A stretch of DNA of 64,000 nt from NCBI GenBank assembly GCA_004764695.1, contig SMSO01000036.1, forward strand, positions 1,984,001 through 2,048,000, in the 5' to 3' direction. Under the pieces are notes generated by a model that saw only the letters and a program-made list of their open reading frames with translations, was not told the origin of the DNA and searched no databases. The stretch comes from Schizochytrium sp. TIO01. Its lineage: Eukaryota; Protista; Bigyra: Labyrinthulomycetes. Below, piece by piece: positions 11,183 to 25,460 of the stretch (its first letter is position 1; every line of letters starts with the position of its first letter). The translations under genes were made by a program, and so were the position numbers.

Positions 11183-11936
11183 AGACAAAATTTGCGAAGT
11201 GTGTTTGAAGGAATGGGTAAACCTTTAGCACACGTTGCGAAAAGGGAAGAAAAAAATGTGCTCGAGTTGCGCTTACTTGAAGGGCAAATGGAGCGAAAGT
11301 GAAAAAAAGGTATCTGAATCGATGGGGTCTACACGAGGGATCGTCTGATCGTCGATAGATCGATACAGAAGGTATCAAAAAAGGGCCAAAAAGGGGTAAT
11401 GAAAGTGTCTGCTGAGCTTGCGCTTATGCAGACTAATATACCGGTGATCGCGCTTTATTCAAGCGCTCACCTTTCCTTTGGTTTTACGCGGCACACCTGT
11501 CTCCAATCGGGAGTACAGGCAGGCCACGGGTGAAAAAAGTAAAAAAAGTAAAAAATCGAAGAGGTTGAAGCGAAAGTCAAATGGCGGCGATCGTGCCTGC
11601 CTATCTTCGACTGCTTGTGTCGCTGCCTCTGTCTTGCTCCGGTTGAGTGCTTGCGGCGGCAAGCTTTCTCAGAAAAAACCGAAAGAAAGAAACTAATGTA
11701 AAAGAAAAGAAAAGAAAAAAGAAAAGAAGGGGGTGTTCGCAGGCGCGCCTGAGCTGGCAAGCGTCTGTCTACTTCTCCTTTTCTTTCGCGAGTAGAGGAA
11801 GGCCTCTCGAGCAAGCAAGGCTAGCTCTGCAGGTCCCTTCACACGTGTGCACGGACGGACTCCACGCGCAAGCGTCCAAGTCCGCAAGCTACGCTGGCAA
11901 AAGCTGTTCAAGTCGAGCCGATCGAGTCGCCTGCTA

Positions 11937-11968
<32 letters not shown>

Positions 11969-14570
11969 GCACTTAGTCCCTGCTCGCTCGTCGCCGCTGC
12001 TCTTGGTTATGCTTCTTGCTGCTCTCGGTTGCGCTTTGCGTGCTTGCGTGCTTGCGTGCTTGCTTGCTTGCTTGCTTGCTGTTGTGCCCTTGGGCTTCTG
12101 CTTCTTCGCTGCTGCTCTGAGGTTCCGCGTTGCGGGTCTGCTGCCTTGGAAATGGCGCAGCGAAATGAGTCCAAGCAGTCGCTAGGAGGCGCTACTGCAG
12201 CGCTACGCCCGCCTAAGCGCGCCTAGTCTCGGCTTTCTTTCTCTTTTCCATCACCTTTACGCCACACCGCGTAACTCCGTCACGTTGTTACGCCGCTTCT
12301 GGTAAGAGTGCTTATGGAAGTTCCTGGAAGTCAGTGGCTTTGAGTCACCGTCAATCAATCGATCGATCGATCAATCGATTAATGAATCAATCGATCGATC
12401 GATCGATCATTCGGGTGGGTAGGGAAGTGGGTAGAAGTAGGCTAATACTAGGGAGAACAAAAAGAAAAGGAAAAGCGGAAAGAAGTTCAAGAAAGAAGTT
12501 CAAGAAAGAATTGAAAGAAAGAAAGAAGTTTAAGAAAGAAAGAAAGAAAGAAGGTATTCATTCTGTTTCCCTGGGATTCCCCTGGAGGAGCCTCATTGGA
12601 CATGGTGCTACGGCTTCGATTATCTATCCAAGGAAAGGGGTGAAAGGAAGAATGTGCCCGATTTGTTGGAAGAGAAGAAGAAGAAGATGATGATGAAAGA
12701 AAGAATGAAAGAAAGAAAGACGTGTTTTAAAAGCTGGCTGGGGATAGATGAGGGCCTTAAAAAGATTTGGTCTTGCCTTGAAAGAAAATAAATGTTAAAT
12801 GTTCACCGGCTCAGTAATGATACGCTACTGGAAACATTAATGAGCCATTGAACATGCTGAAGATGAAAAGATGAGTTTAAAAAGTAGCTTTTTGGTTATT
12901 TCATGAAAATATGAAAAAGACGACTAAAAAGAAGAAAGGTTTAGTTTTGAAGGGGAAAAGGTGAAGCGAATGACTCTCTTTATTGAGGAGAAGAGATTAT
13001 CCGACTGACCGACTGACTGACTGACTTCTGGCCAAAAGGAGCAACCGCTAAAGCGATTCTTTCTCTTGCTTGAGAGATTTATAGTGTCTAATCATTTTCC
13101 TGCCTGCCACTTCCTTCACTTTTCTTATCATTCCTTTTTGGGGAAGAGGTCGGATATCTGCGGATCCAAGTTATCCACACTTTTTATGATTAAGTACGTA
13201 TTTTATTTAATTTATTTATTATATAGAAAATTTCGATACCCATTTGGCTCATCTGTCTTTAAAATATATAAATAAATAAATAAAAAGGCAAAAAAATGCA
13301 TGTCGTATTTTATTGCATTCCATTTTTCATATGAAAGGTTTTATAAAAGTTTATCAATTTTAACTCGTGGTTCCTTCTCCATCAAATTAGACAATACTTT
13401 GACAAATATTATCCGCTTGTTGATTGACGGGCTATTCTGTTAATTTAATTTTTCTGGGCGTTTGTCTGACCGTGAACGTGCCTTTTGAGGTGCGAAGCGG
13501 ATGAAATTACGTTCACTACGAAATGACCATTCGATGATAAGTTTCCTCTCATTTTTATTAAAACAGATATAGCATAGAATTACAGTATTGCTATTCACAG
13601 ATAATTGGAAGAGAAATTAAAAAAAAGCGAATGTATTGGTTTCTTCGTATTATGCAATTTCAATTATGAAATACCTTTCCATCTGATTTTCCAGCGACTA
13701 TTGTTTATTATTTTTTCTGGATGCAATCGTAGATTACGTTTTTGATTGCCGCTGCTGTCGCCCCAGCTTTTATCCAATTAATTGCCTGCCTGCAACTGGT
13801 GAAAAATAGTATTGTGAGAAATATATACATTTAGATATATAATCTATTTAAGACCGTAAACTGCTACTTCGTTTTTTTTTTTTCCTTCAGAAAAGTGTGT
13901 ATCAGAGAAAGAATTAAATTCATGTGTCTTTTATTTAAAACTAATCCCACTCCTATGATCATAAGATCGGTTATTGAATATTACTACACGCAAAGAGAGA
14001 GAAAAGAAACGCTAACTATCTACTATTTTTTCTTTTCATTTCAAGTTATAGCTCATTATAAGTGAAGGCAAACTTGGATGAATTATTACGCAGACCTCGC
14101 TAAAGAGTATGGAAAGAGCCAACACTTGTTCGGTGTTTTGAGACAATTCCGTGCCAGAAGACCTGATGAAAAGAATCGCCCCATTAGCTCAAAACTCCTT
14201 ATTGATGTCAACCTTTTATATTTTACTTTGATTTTTATTGTATGAAAACCACCAGCAAATAAATAAATATATATTTATATATAAATTTTTTATTCCCCCT
14301 TCGTAAACTCGAGTTCCTGTTAGTCGTCGATCATCAGGGACAGCCAAATTGTCCTTTCGCTGTTGCGGTGTCCCACGTGTTTGGTGCCCTATCACGTCCA
14401 AAACGTACAGTCACACCTACCGCTGCTCCCTTTGAGTTAGTTGGTTGCCTTCTACTGTCTCCGAGTCCGTTTCGGGGCATCACGCCAACTGAATGTGCTC
14501 ATTGTGTGACGGCGAAGCCACGACATTCTTGAGGTTACTACGTTCAATCGGTCCTTTATTTCCTACAACG

Positions 14571-14694
<124 letters not shown>

Positions 14695-15161
14695 TTTCAA
14701 TCAATCGTTCAATCAGTCCATCCATCCATTAGTCAATATATTCGCCGTAGCTTGCTAGCTACTGATTGTTTCACTTGTTTTTATTTTGAGAACTTATAAT
14801 TCTAGGATAATATGTATGGATCATAGGGGTAGTAGTAGAAATGAGCACGCAGATGCTCCGTTGAAAGCCTTAGACTTTCTTCGTTGGAGCTATTCCAAGT
14901 TCTTCAATTTCTGCAATGCAAGTTTTCGAGCTTTGACTGGCGAAGAAGCCTCAACTTCTGAGCCACGATGGTTTTGTTATTTTATTTTTCACGCATGGAG
15001 AAGGCCGCTTTAAGTTTCTGAGGATATCAGTCAGTCAAAACGCATGTGAATGCGTGCTAATTGGTGCGTTACATTCACATCAAAACGAAGCGATCCTCAA
15101 GAGGGAGGCAGCGCGAGTTTTCGCGACCTCCTTCCTTTTGGTTCTTCACGTACTTCAACAG

Positions 15162-15204
15162 CTTCTTCTTCTTCTTCTTCTTCTTCTTCTTCTTCTTCTT
15201 CTTC
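15162..15204. repeat. (CTT)n microsatellite
   Basis: Direct reading. Confidence 0.95.
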
Positions 15205-16035
15205 AAATGAACTTTCTTGCCTTATCTCCAAAGGGTACTTTCCTCTGCGCCATCGCAAATGCCCATCTTGGAGGACTATTGGTGAATCGAATGGACAGGC
15301 TCATGGATAGGCTCTAATGCACTCCTTTATTGAGTTCATGGGCGCTGCTATTTTCTCGTGCCGCTCGTTCTGCACAGTATGAGCTCCAAATAGGCGTTCG
15401 ATCGCTGAAGGAAAGAAGTCTTTCGTTGGTGATGTCAGACAGAAACCAATCGATCTATTTTTAGAACGTAATTGTTTTTCAATCTGTTCGTATGTGCATT
15501 CATTCACTCACTCCCTTCTCTCAGTAATACAGAACACCTCGTTTCTCTTACTGAGCAAGCAGAGAGATGCTTAGACACTACTTCGAGTAAAATGAACGAT
15601 GACTCAGCTTTCGCTACCTTCCTGTAAAAGGGCAGCCTGGAAGGCACCTTTTTTTAGCAGATGCTTGAACCTCCAGAGAACTTGAGCTCGAGTGATGAAT
15701 TTCAAGGTTTTCGCTCGCGCCAAAGCCATCCAATTTTCGAGGCCATCTTCAAGCTGGCCAGACTTCCTCATCTCCATAGTATTTGTTGTACCTACTGTAA
15801 AAGTATGCATTGTAAACACAGAGGCCGCTGAAACCAGCATTCAAGATCATCAATCACTCGAACTTGAGAGAGAAAGGTCACTCACGCACTGGGCATCACG
15901 AAGTTACACGAGCAAAAGCTCTGCCTACGATTGGAGGCGCGAGATTGTATCTTAACTGTCGTGCATCTCGTGCCTCTACGGTATAGGAGCCTCAAACTTG
16001 CTCGCAGACCAATCATTCGTTAACGCTTTCGTTCG

Positions 16036-16156
16036 TTCATTCATTAATTCATTAATTCATTAATTCATCAATTCATTAATTCATTCATTCATTCATTCAT
16101 TCATTCATTCATTCATTCATTCATTCATTCATTCATTCATTCATTCATTCATTCAT
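16036..16156. repeat. (ATTAATTC)n/(TTCA)n compound microsatellite
   Basis: Direct reading. Confidence 0.95.
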
Positions 16157-19100
16157 CGCTTGAACTTCAAGTATTCCTCCAATTTTCATTTAACAGAGGT
16201 GGTGCCTTTCCCAAGAGAGGGGGCTTTCGACAAAGCTCGCGCGCGCCATGCCCTCCCTAGGGCAGCCATTCTCGATACCATGCCCCCCTTCTCCCGCCTC
16301 TCCCCTGCTGAAACCGCCACATCACGGGGCAGGGGAGGACTCCCGCCGCGGCACGTGGGATATGCCGCGCGAGGTAATCGACATCGGTGGCGAGATACCG
16401 GACCCCGCGTGTTGGAACCCACTGAGAATTTGAATTTCACTCGAAAAGAACCTTGGTACCAGTACGCACTGCTAGGCGAACGGTTAGCTGTGAGCTAGGA
16501 GTGCTAGACAGTTCGAGGCTAGGCAGTTGGCGCCTTTAACTCACGCACTACCTACAGAGTAGTTCTCAAAGAGGGCGACTGCTACCAGAAGCTCAGAGAG
16601 GCGAGCAGTGATTGAATCAAAGTTACGAAATGGGCACTAGAATCGTCTTTGCGCATGCATGGAGGTCTGCTGCCCTTCCCTTCTGCCGTGGCATGCGCCA
16701 CTCGACTTCGCGAGAACCGCATGGAAACTGGACGCGACTTGCGCGAGGACCTCGGCTCGAAGCTGCCTTGAAATCGAGCCAAGAAGGTCGGCGGACTTCT
16801 TGGGGAATGAAGATCTATTCAGTATGCATCTCTATATCTGTCTATTTATCTGTCAATTCTTCCCAGCTAGCTAACTGCTATATAGCAGCTAGCTAACCGT
16901 AGCAGCTACTAGTGAACGAGTGGTCGCGCATACTTTGCAAATGAGATGATATTGATCTTTCGAAACTAACTAACTTTGGGGTCCACGAGTGAGTGCCTTT
17001 GCTGATGCTTATTTGGATACCCAGAGATAGACCGACTCAGGTTCGATGTCGGTTCAAGAACGTGATAGGCATCGAGGTGCCTCGAGCCTAATGGCTGAGC
17101 TGCTCATCACGCTGTTCAACCTTGCTCGCTGGAGCATCGAGCAATTTCAGCAGACCGTCATAGTAATCGCTTGTTCTCCAGAAATCTCGTGTTTCACAGC
17201 GTGTTATCATATACTGTTTGGTCCAAACACTCATGTTCCATGAGATGATGAGAACTTGAGCTTTGAATCAGCCACAGTCACCAAAGTTTCCAGCGCATCT
17301 TTGGAACAATTATCCATCTTATGCATGCAATCATTCAGGATAACGATTGCTTCATTGCTTTAAAGCTTCATAAAGCTCTGTATCATCATATGATATGATA
17401 TAAATACACTTATTTATATACTTAAAGAAGAAGAAGAGGAAGCGAATAGATAATGATTATATGATAGGCCCTATGCAATTTACAATTAAAATAAAAGAAA
17501 CTGTTCTAGCTTTAAGTACGACACTTGCACTGGCAGTTGAAATAGAGAGGTAAGCTCGTCTAATCACGGACTAGTCTCGCAAATGAAACCTGAATAAGTT
17601 AAAGTAAGCATTTAGTAGCTTGCTGAGAGTGTTGAAACGCTGGCTTTCTGGGTATTGGTTGCTGCGGGACGACTGTGGGCTCGTGTCGCTTCGCGTGCCT
17701 TTCGGCTCTTTGCTGAAGAGGGTGAATCTTTGTGAGGATTTGAGGGGTATCCAAAGCTAGCCAGACTCATTTCAAAAACAGTTGTGAAGGAGGGAGTGTG
17801 GGTGAGCGGTTTCGTTATTTGCATGAAAACGGACAATTACCCTCACAATGAAAAACCAGTGTACACAGTCGGTAGGGCCACCATGAAAAAGCCACGAGAA
17901 GAAGCAAGGATCGACTGGCTTGCACTGGTTCGGAATCCGCAATGTGTCTGTCTGTGGGTTGTGTGGCCATTCAACCCTGGGTCAACAAACATGTTGAGCC
18001 AAGTATTAAGCCACCTCTGATGACACTCCTGGTAGGAGAGCAGTAGTGTGTTAGTGATGAGTGGTAAATAGATAAAAGAAGTAATAAGAGAAAGAAGGAG
18101 CTCTCTACCTGCTATGTAGGTGTATAACAGACACCTTGGGTGTTCAATGTGAACTCCTTTTTGAACCTTTCCCTCATTCATCATCATGCCCGCCCATTTA
18201 TTCACGCACGCCAAGGGAAGGTAGATTAGTACTAAAAAACACTAGTAGTATTCAACTTAAGCAATAAAGAAAAGTGAGATTGAGTTGTTTTGACTCTTTC
18301 TGTATTAAAATTAAAAAGAAAAGAAAATGTTTTGACTTTTAATATTAAAAATAAATTTCATGAGTTTAAAATAATTTGGAAATAAGTATTCTATTATTAT
18401 TCTTTTTTGTTAGTGCGAGTTGTCTCATTTTTCAAGTCTAATGAGGATCATTATATTTTTTGGCCTGAGGAATCTCTGAGGTGTTAAACAAAATGAATTT
18501 CGTGAAAGCTAACTCAAACAGGACAAATTGAATCATTTTTCTAGCATGTCGTTTTCAGGATGGTGAGATAATAGAGGGATCTGCAAGTGGTACCCAAAAC
18601 TGTCCAGATGTGTATATAAAGTAATCTTGGTTGCCCCTATGATGGTGAGGGATCGATGAGCTGGACTAACGAAAATTGAAAATATAAATTAAAAAAATAC
18701 TACGGCTTGTATTCCATTGTGGTAGGGAAGTCAGTGTATTCCAAAGATCATTCTACTTACTCACAGCAAAGGTTCGAGTGGGTGGTGCGCCGCCACGCCT
18801 TTAAGGAACAATCATTGCGAATTTGAGTGGTTGTAGCGCCCGTCCCCGCTCATGAGCTTTGCTGTACGATGAATACACCCCAGAATTGGCATTTTGGGAC
18901 ACTGCAGCAGCGAAGACTTCACGGAGCAGTACTTCAACAATCTTCAACAATTTGGACTGATCTTTAAACTGATGGATGCAGTAGCAACAGTTCCCTTTTG
19001 TAAAACAACCAAATCAGGGCTTCTTCCAATGGGGGTTTTTGAGAACCTAGACGGTATGTGCGCTTGAATTTCCAAAAATTTCCAAGTATAGGATTGCTGA

Positions 19101-22100
19101 AAACATGCTGCGTTATAAGCGTGACGTTTTCTCCTCAAAGGAAGAACGACATTCCAAATTCTTAATTTTGCCTGAAATGTACTGCGCATAGTTTTTTTTA
19201 GTTTTTTTGAGCAAGCACTCGTAGTGCTGAGTTGGTGACCAGGATTGTTATATTAAAAAACCTCTTCAAGACGCTTCTAGTCACCCCGTTACCTAAAACT
19301 CGAAAAACAGTCCTGACAATTCCCGGCCAAAATCAATCTATTTGCGCAACTATTCATGCCGTTACATCATATAGATTTCCGCCATATGAATTGGATGCCA
19401 GACACTTGAAATCTTTGATCCCGGCATTTTCTTCAAAACGATCTTTCAAATTGAAAAGAGGTACAATCAGACAGGGCCTTCATCGTACATCCAACACTCT
19501 TTAACTCGTTACCAGAAAAAATAAGTCCTTGAGGTAGGCTAGACAAGAAATATGCGGGACAATCTTAACCAACTATACAATACAACTGAAATCAAAATTA
19601 AGCACGCATAAGTAAACCTTTGGTGCTATACAAACTTTTGATTCTATCAACTTGAATGTAAAAAGAGAAGGATCCGTTTGGATAATTTCCCAGGGCTTAT
19701 CTTAAGGATCACTCATGAAAAAAGGCACAAATATTGCAACTAATATAAAGGAGAAAGGTATGTCAAACGGTAGATACCCTTTCAAAGCAATTACAGAGTA
19801 AGCAGAATATCTACAGATGATTCTTGCTTGGTTTAGAATCAAGCACAAGTACCTAGGGAACCTCAATGTCTTATTATGCTCGTGGTTCCAATTATCTACA
19901 AATTGTTGAAGTATGAAGCAGTAAAGAGTCTAGCACTGTTGATGGTCGACGTTAGTTTACGTTGCAGGTTGCCATGAAGGAGGTCAATTCAGGGTGGCAA
20001 CCCGCTTAGAGAAGGGGTTGTAAGAGCTGTCTAGAGCTTTTACTTCCTAAGTAGGTACGAAAGATATTGTTTTCAGTAGCACATGTTTGCCTCTGTAACG
20101 TAGTGGGCGATGCAATAGCAATATTGTCATGACACCTCTAATAATGTGCCTCAATGGTTGGTCAGTTGTACGCCTTGTGAATATTGTTGATATTCTAAGC
20201 ATTGGGGACTTGGCGTACGCACGGCCATGGTCTGTGTTTTGTCCAATTCAATGTTCGGGAACAACATCAACAAGCGACAAGGAAGATACCTGAAATCCAA
20301 GCAGTCCTTTCATGAATCATAAAGGGGCAAATGTACAGGCAGGTTTCGCTCCGCTTCATCCTTCCTCGTTGTCTAGCTGTGCAGCCTCCGTACATGCGGC
20401 TATTGCTAAAGGGGTATAGTAGCGCTCTCAAGAACCTTTCTCTTTACAAATATCAAAGTTGTCGAACTAGTGACTAGTTATTTCTCAAGCAGAAATTCCA
20501 GAGTAACAATACAAAACTACCGCTATGAAGGTTGTCTTTAAGGCCAACGAGAGAGGACCTAGGTTATCACAAGACCTTGCTACGTAGATTTGAGCTTCAC
20601 TTTACCCTGACTAATAACATGTGCACCAGATTTTTTGAGGTCTTTCATTAATCTTGACGTTCAAAAAATTATTTTTTTCGAAGAAGTCAGCCTATATATT
20701 GATAGGGTAGTAGTTTTCCACCAACACCATAGTATGAAAACATTAAAGAAAAGGCAGAGAAAAAAAAACTGAGCAGTAAAAAAGAGAAAGAAAATAATAA
20801 AAAGATGTTGTATTTTTTTAAAATAAAAATAAAAATAAAAGAATATGTTCACTCATAAAGTCATTAGTTTCATTAAAAACATTTACATGAATAGAATAAA
20901 AAATCGAACAACTGAAAACAAAATCAAGATGTAGGAGTTCTTTGTACTAAAATGAATATCCTCTCAGAAATAAGTTTTAATTAAAAAGAGAAACGCAAAA
21001 TACTCTATTGATTAAATCAAACAAAGCTACTTTCCGGTTTTTCGTGACAAAGCCCTCATATTATCATAGTGTGCTCAAGAAATGAATACTGCACCTACGA
21101 TGATGGAAAAGAGAAAATCATCGAAATACCTACCTACCGAAATCTGAAGAAATAAAAATATTGTTACCCAGGCTCATCTACAAGTTATCATTATCCCACC
21201 ATAATCCTGCGTCTCAGTGTTGGAAGGTATTGCGTAGCAGCACCTGCCCTGCGGTGGGGATTCCTGGACACCTGGGCACGGCAGGACTTTGCTACAGCAC
21301 GTGGTAGAGGCCTCCTTATCCACTGAGAGTACTCTTTTTCAGAACACATCCAGGATTCCTGTCCTGCCCCCCTCCACTGGGGGCCATCGTTTTACTAAAC
21401 CTTGGGCATCTGCAAGGCGTTTTGGCCTGTCAAGCTGTCCGTGGATGATCTGCGAACCTAAAACTTCGCAGCTTCGCAGCCCAGAGCCTCCTCAAGACAG
21501 ACGGCCCTCACCGCTCTGTCTCTGGCTCCCTTGGCTCGCGGCAGGGCGGCTCTGCCCCGGCGAATTCACCGCCCGACCCGGTCTTGGTCCCCAGCGGCAG
21601 CGAAACTTTCTTATTATAGTAGCAGCAGCAGCGGTAGATAATAAAGAAACAGAAACAGGCAGAAAAAGGTGCGGTGCATTGGATATGGAGTTGGGCACTT
21701 ATACTCGCTCGTCTGTTCCTCTTGTTCTTCAACCTTTCCTTTCGACGTTTGTTGGGTGATATCGTCGTGCATACGCGGGTATACATATCTTCCAGAGCAG
21801 CTCTGCGTTTTGAGGTTTCCAATGAAGTTTTCAGGTCCTTCAAGTTCATGAGGAAGCATCATCATACTTTACCTTTTAAAAGCACACATTGCATTGTGTT
21901 ATATTATGTTACATATATTCTGTATCATCAATAGTTACATTACTCATGATCATTAAAAACTAATTAAACATTATAAAAATAAACGGGAGATGAAACTCGT
22001 GAAGGCTGTCGATCGATCCTCGATGGGATTGACTGGAGGAGGTCACATATCTTGAGGTTCTGGAGGAAACATAAGAAAGAGGAGATACAATCGTCGTGGA

Positions 22101-22938
22101 GGCCAGAAGCTCTTCCTTTCTTTTTTTTTCGTCGGGTGGGCAGGGCACTCGTTATTTATGCATGGGCAGCGCAAGTGTTCCAAGTCTTGGAGGGGAACAG
22201 AACTATAGGTACATAGATAATATTTACTGCCTATTCAGGAATGCCAGCATCACTCATCTATTGTTCGACGAGGTCAGGGTCCTGGAAATGGTGGCGTTGC
22301 CGCGGCCTCGAAATCGAAAGGAACTTGTGAATTTCATGTTGAACCAACGTCGAAGAAGAGACATAACACGCTGCACAGAAGCAGCTCTGAGGTCGACGCC
22401 GCGACTCCAAACAAATGGAGGAATGTTGAGTGAGTGAAAACTCAATGGTTTAGCTATCTAATTCATTCATTAATTAATTAATCATAACTAAATGACTCAT
22501 TGGAAATGATGACCTTTAAGAATATGTGTAATGGGATGAGTTGTTGCGTTTCTTTCAGGCGTTGCTGCCTTAGCCTCGCCCGAAGCCGACAGCACGGCGC
22601 AACTCGCGGACAAGATGTTCCGACGAGGTCCAAGCTCTGACGCTGATAACGAGTGGGCCCGCCTCCTTCGCCTCCCGTCTATCTGCCTTTGCTCGATAGA
22701 GCGACGGACCGGTGAACGGGATGCTGCGCATGAACCAACGCCGTGGTCAAAGAACCCGGTCGAGAGCGCCAGGTCGCCTTCACTCGAGTGAAGGCGCCTC
22801 TCGAGGAAAAGCATTCTCTGCGCGATGTAGCTCGCGGAGGGAGGCCTTGTCTTCTCTCTGCTGCCTTGCCAGCCACGATACTGACTCCTTCGAACCTCTG
22901 CCGCTGCCGCTGCTGCTCATGGCTAGATCGTGGAGCTA

Positions 22939-23389
<451 letters not shown>

Positions 23390-23719
23390 TTACGGCAGCA
23401 GAAGAACCGCGATGGAGTTTACGGGGGAGCAGCAGTGCCAACTCGATGCTTGAGCTCTCGAGGCTCCCAGACCGTTTGGTCAACAGATGTTGTCCTCCTC
23501 CAATCAAGCCTTCTCCGGCGGTGCTTGATCCGCAACGCGTCGAGCATCAGCCCACGAGGAGGCAGCAGCTCTCGAGGATGTCTTGCTTGGAGGAGATCAG
23601 CCAGTTCTGGGCCACGCATGGCCAGTTCAAGCTTCGAAGACCCCGGTTCGCTCGCCTCAGCGAAACGACCCGCCTGACTGCATTATCATCATCGTGTGCT
23701 AATAAAGTCTCCACGCGGC

Positions 23720-23776
23720 GGCGGAGACTGCGAAGATCGGCGGAGACTGCGAAGATCGGCGGAGACTGCGAAGATC
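23720..23776. repeat. 3 x 19-bp tandem repeat GGCGGAGACTGCGAAGATC
   Basis: Three exact adjacent copies. Confidence 0.95.
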
Positions 23777-24653
23777 GCCGCCGCGTAATCCACGTTTTGG
23801 CTCTCAGAACGGGCTCCTGCTGGCAGCGAAGTCGAGCTGACCGCAGCGTCGGCGATCTTAAAGAGAACCTTGAAACCCTGAACCGCCCCCCCTCGCCTTG
23901 AAAAGGGCATTCATTCATTCCGTGGCCTTGCGGTTATGGCTGCGTTACGCGTCTCTGTGAGGTTGGTGCATAACGCGGTTTAGAACGTGTGGGCGGAATC
24001 GGTGCGGGAGCCTATGGAGCCGAGCTGAGTTGCGATGACTTTTCCAAACTCAAACCGCGAGTATAGAATGAATGAATGAATGAATGAATGAATGAATTGA
24101 TGAATTAGTTGCCTCCTCCTTTGGACTATTCGCAGCTTTCTGCTCTATTCGACTCTTTAATTTTCAATTTTTTTTTCTTTTAAAGTTTGTTCTTATGGTG
24201 GAAAGCTCTAAGCGAATACCTACTCATGAGCATTTTCGAAATTTAAAGACAGACATTTTATTAAACATGAAAGAAGAAGTTTGCTGTCAATGAGTTTTTT
24301 GTACAATTTTTTGCATGCTTTTATCATATTGGTGATAAATGCCTCTTATTTAATTTTTAATAAAAAAACGTTTTAATAAATGAATACAAATACTTTAAAA
24401 ACTAATAATAATGATAAAAACTACCAGTTTATTTTCCGCGCCTTTTCTCCGTCAGATCCCTTGCCGGAGAATTGCCTTCGGCCTATTAGGCGAACCTCCA
24501 TGCGGTTCGCAGCACACCTTCAATAGCAGTAGTTAGTACCTGCGTTAGCAGTTGCAAGTTTATGTCCACTCTTTTTCTTTTTCGTGGTGGTCGCTTTTCA
24601 TATTGTTTTTTTTTTTTTTCGTTTTCCCACGGTCTTTCATTCTTTCAATTGCT

Positions 24654-24655
24654 TT

Positions 24656-24730
<75 letters not shown>
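24654..24730. repeat. (CTTT)n microsatellite
   Basis: Direct reading. Confidence 0.97.
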
Positions 24731-24858
24731 CTTAACCTTCTGAAAGACAGACAGCAGCGCCAACTCGAAGACCCTCTTTTGCAAGCTTTGGAATGTATGT
24801 ATGGTCCGTGTGCTCGCTCCATAGTCGATCTTCGCAGTGCTTCAGTCTGCTTCGAAAG

Positions 24859-24890
<32 letters not shown>

Positions 24891-25395
24891 AACAAGAGAC
24901 CACTCCCTCACTCCCGCTTCCTCTAAAGCTCCGCTCCTGACCCAGTTCCTGACCTGGTCTACCCGGCATTCATTCATTCGCACATGCCTCCAGAGCACGC
25001 TTTTCGTTCGATTTTTGAGGAATTTTCGTGTTTCTTTGTGGTTGTTTTCTGGTTTTTTCACGCCTTCTGCGATGGATATTAATTAAGAACAGCCCATGCT
25101 CTGCAGAACGAACTCGTCGGTCGGCCTCAGAGCTGCGGCGCTCGGAGAAAGCTTTCGCGAGAGACGGTTTACAGAACAAATAAAATAAATAGAAATCATT
25201 AGAAAGGAAGAAAGAGCGGAGGCTTTGGATCCAAAAGGTTGGCAAGAACCGCCCTTTGAACGAGCCGCTTGCGCGCACTGGGATGCCAGTCAGGGTCGAC
25301 CCGACGAGACCCAGCTGCCGAAAAGTCGAATTCAAAAAAGAAAAAAAGAAAAAAAAAAAAAGAGGGAAACCACGCATGGATTAGAAAGAGAGAAA

Positions 25396-25397
<2 letters not shown>

Positions 25398-25460
<63 letters not shown>
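25398..25460. repeat. (GAAA)n microsatellite
   Basis: Direct reading. Confidence 0.97.

Noticed and set aside
1649-11302. Many antisense and alternate-frame ORFs over NOP14, TRM1 and MYB
   Set aside because: Shadow ORFs caused by the codon bias of the real genes.
12838-12849. TAATGAGCCATT complementary to the 18S 5' region (C/D guide idea)
   Set aside because: No properly placed C and D boxes. It is explained as a hairpin arm.
21395-21403. CTAAACCT as a telomerase template near the pseudoknot
   Set aside because: The telomere repeat of this organism is not visible here, and an 8-nt match is too weak.
23720-23776. Short repeat array as CRISPR
   Set aside because: No spacers, no cas genes, eukaryotic context.
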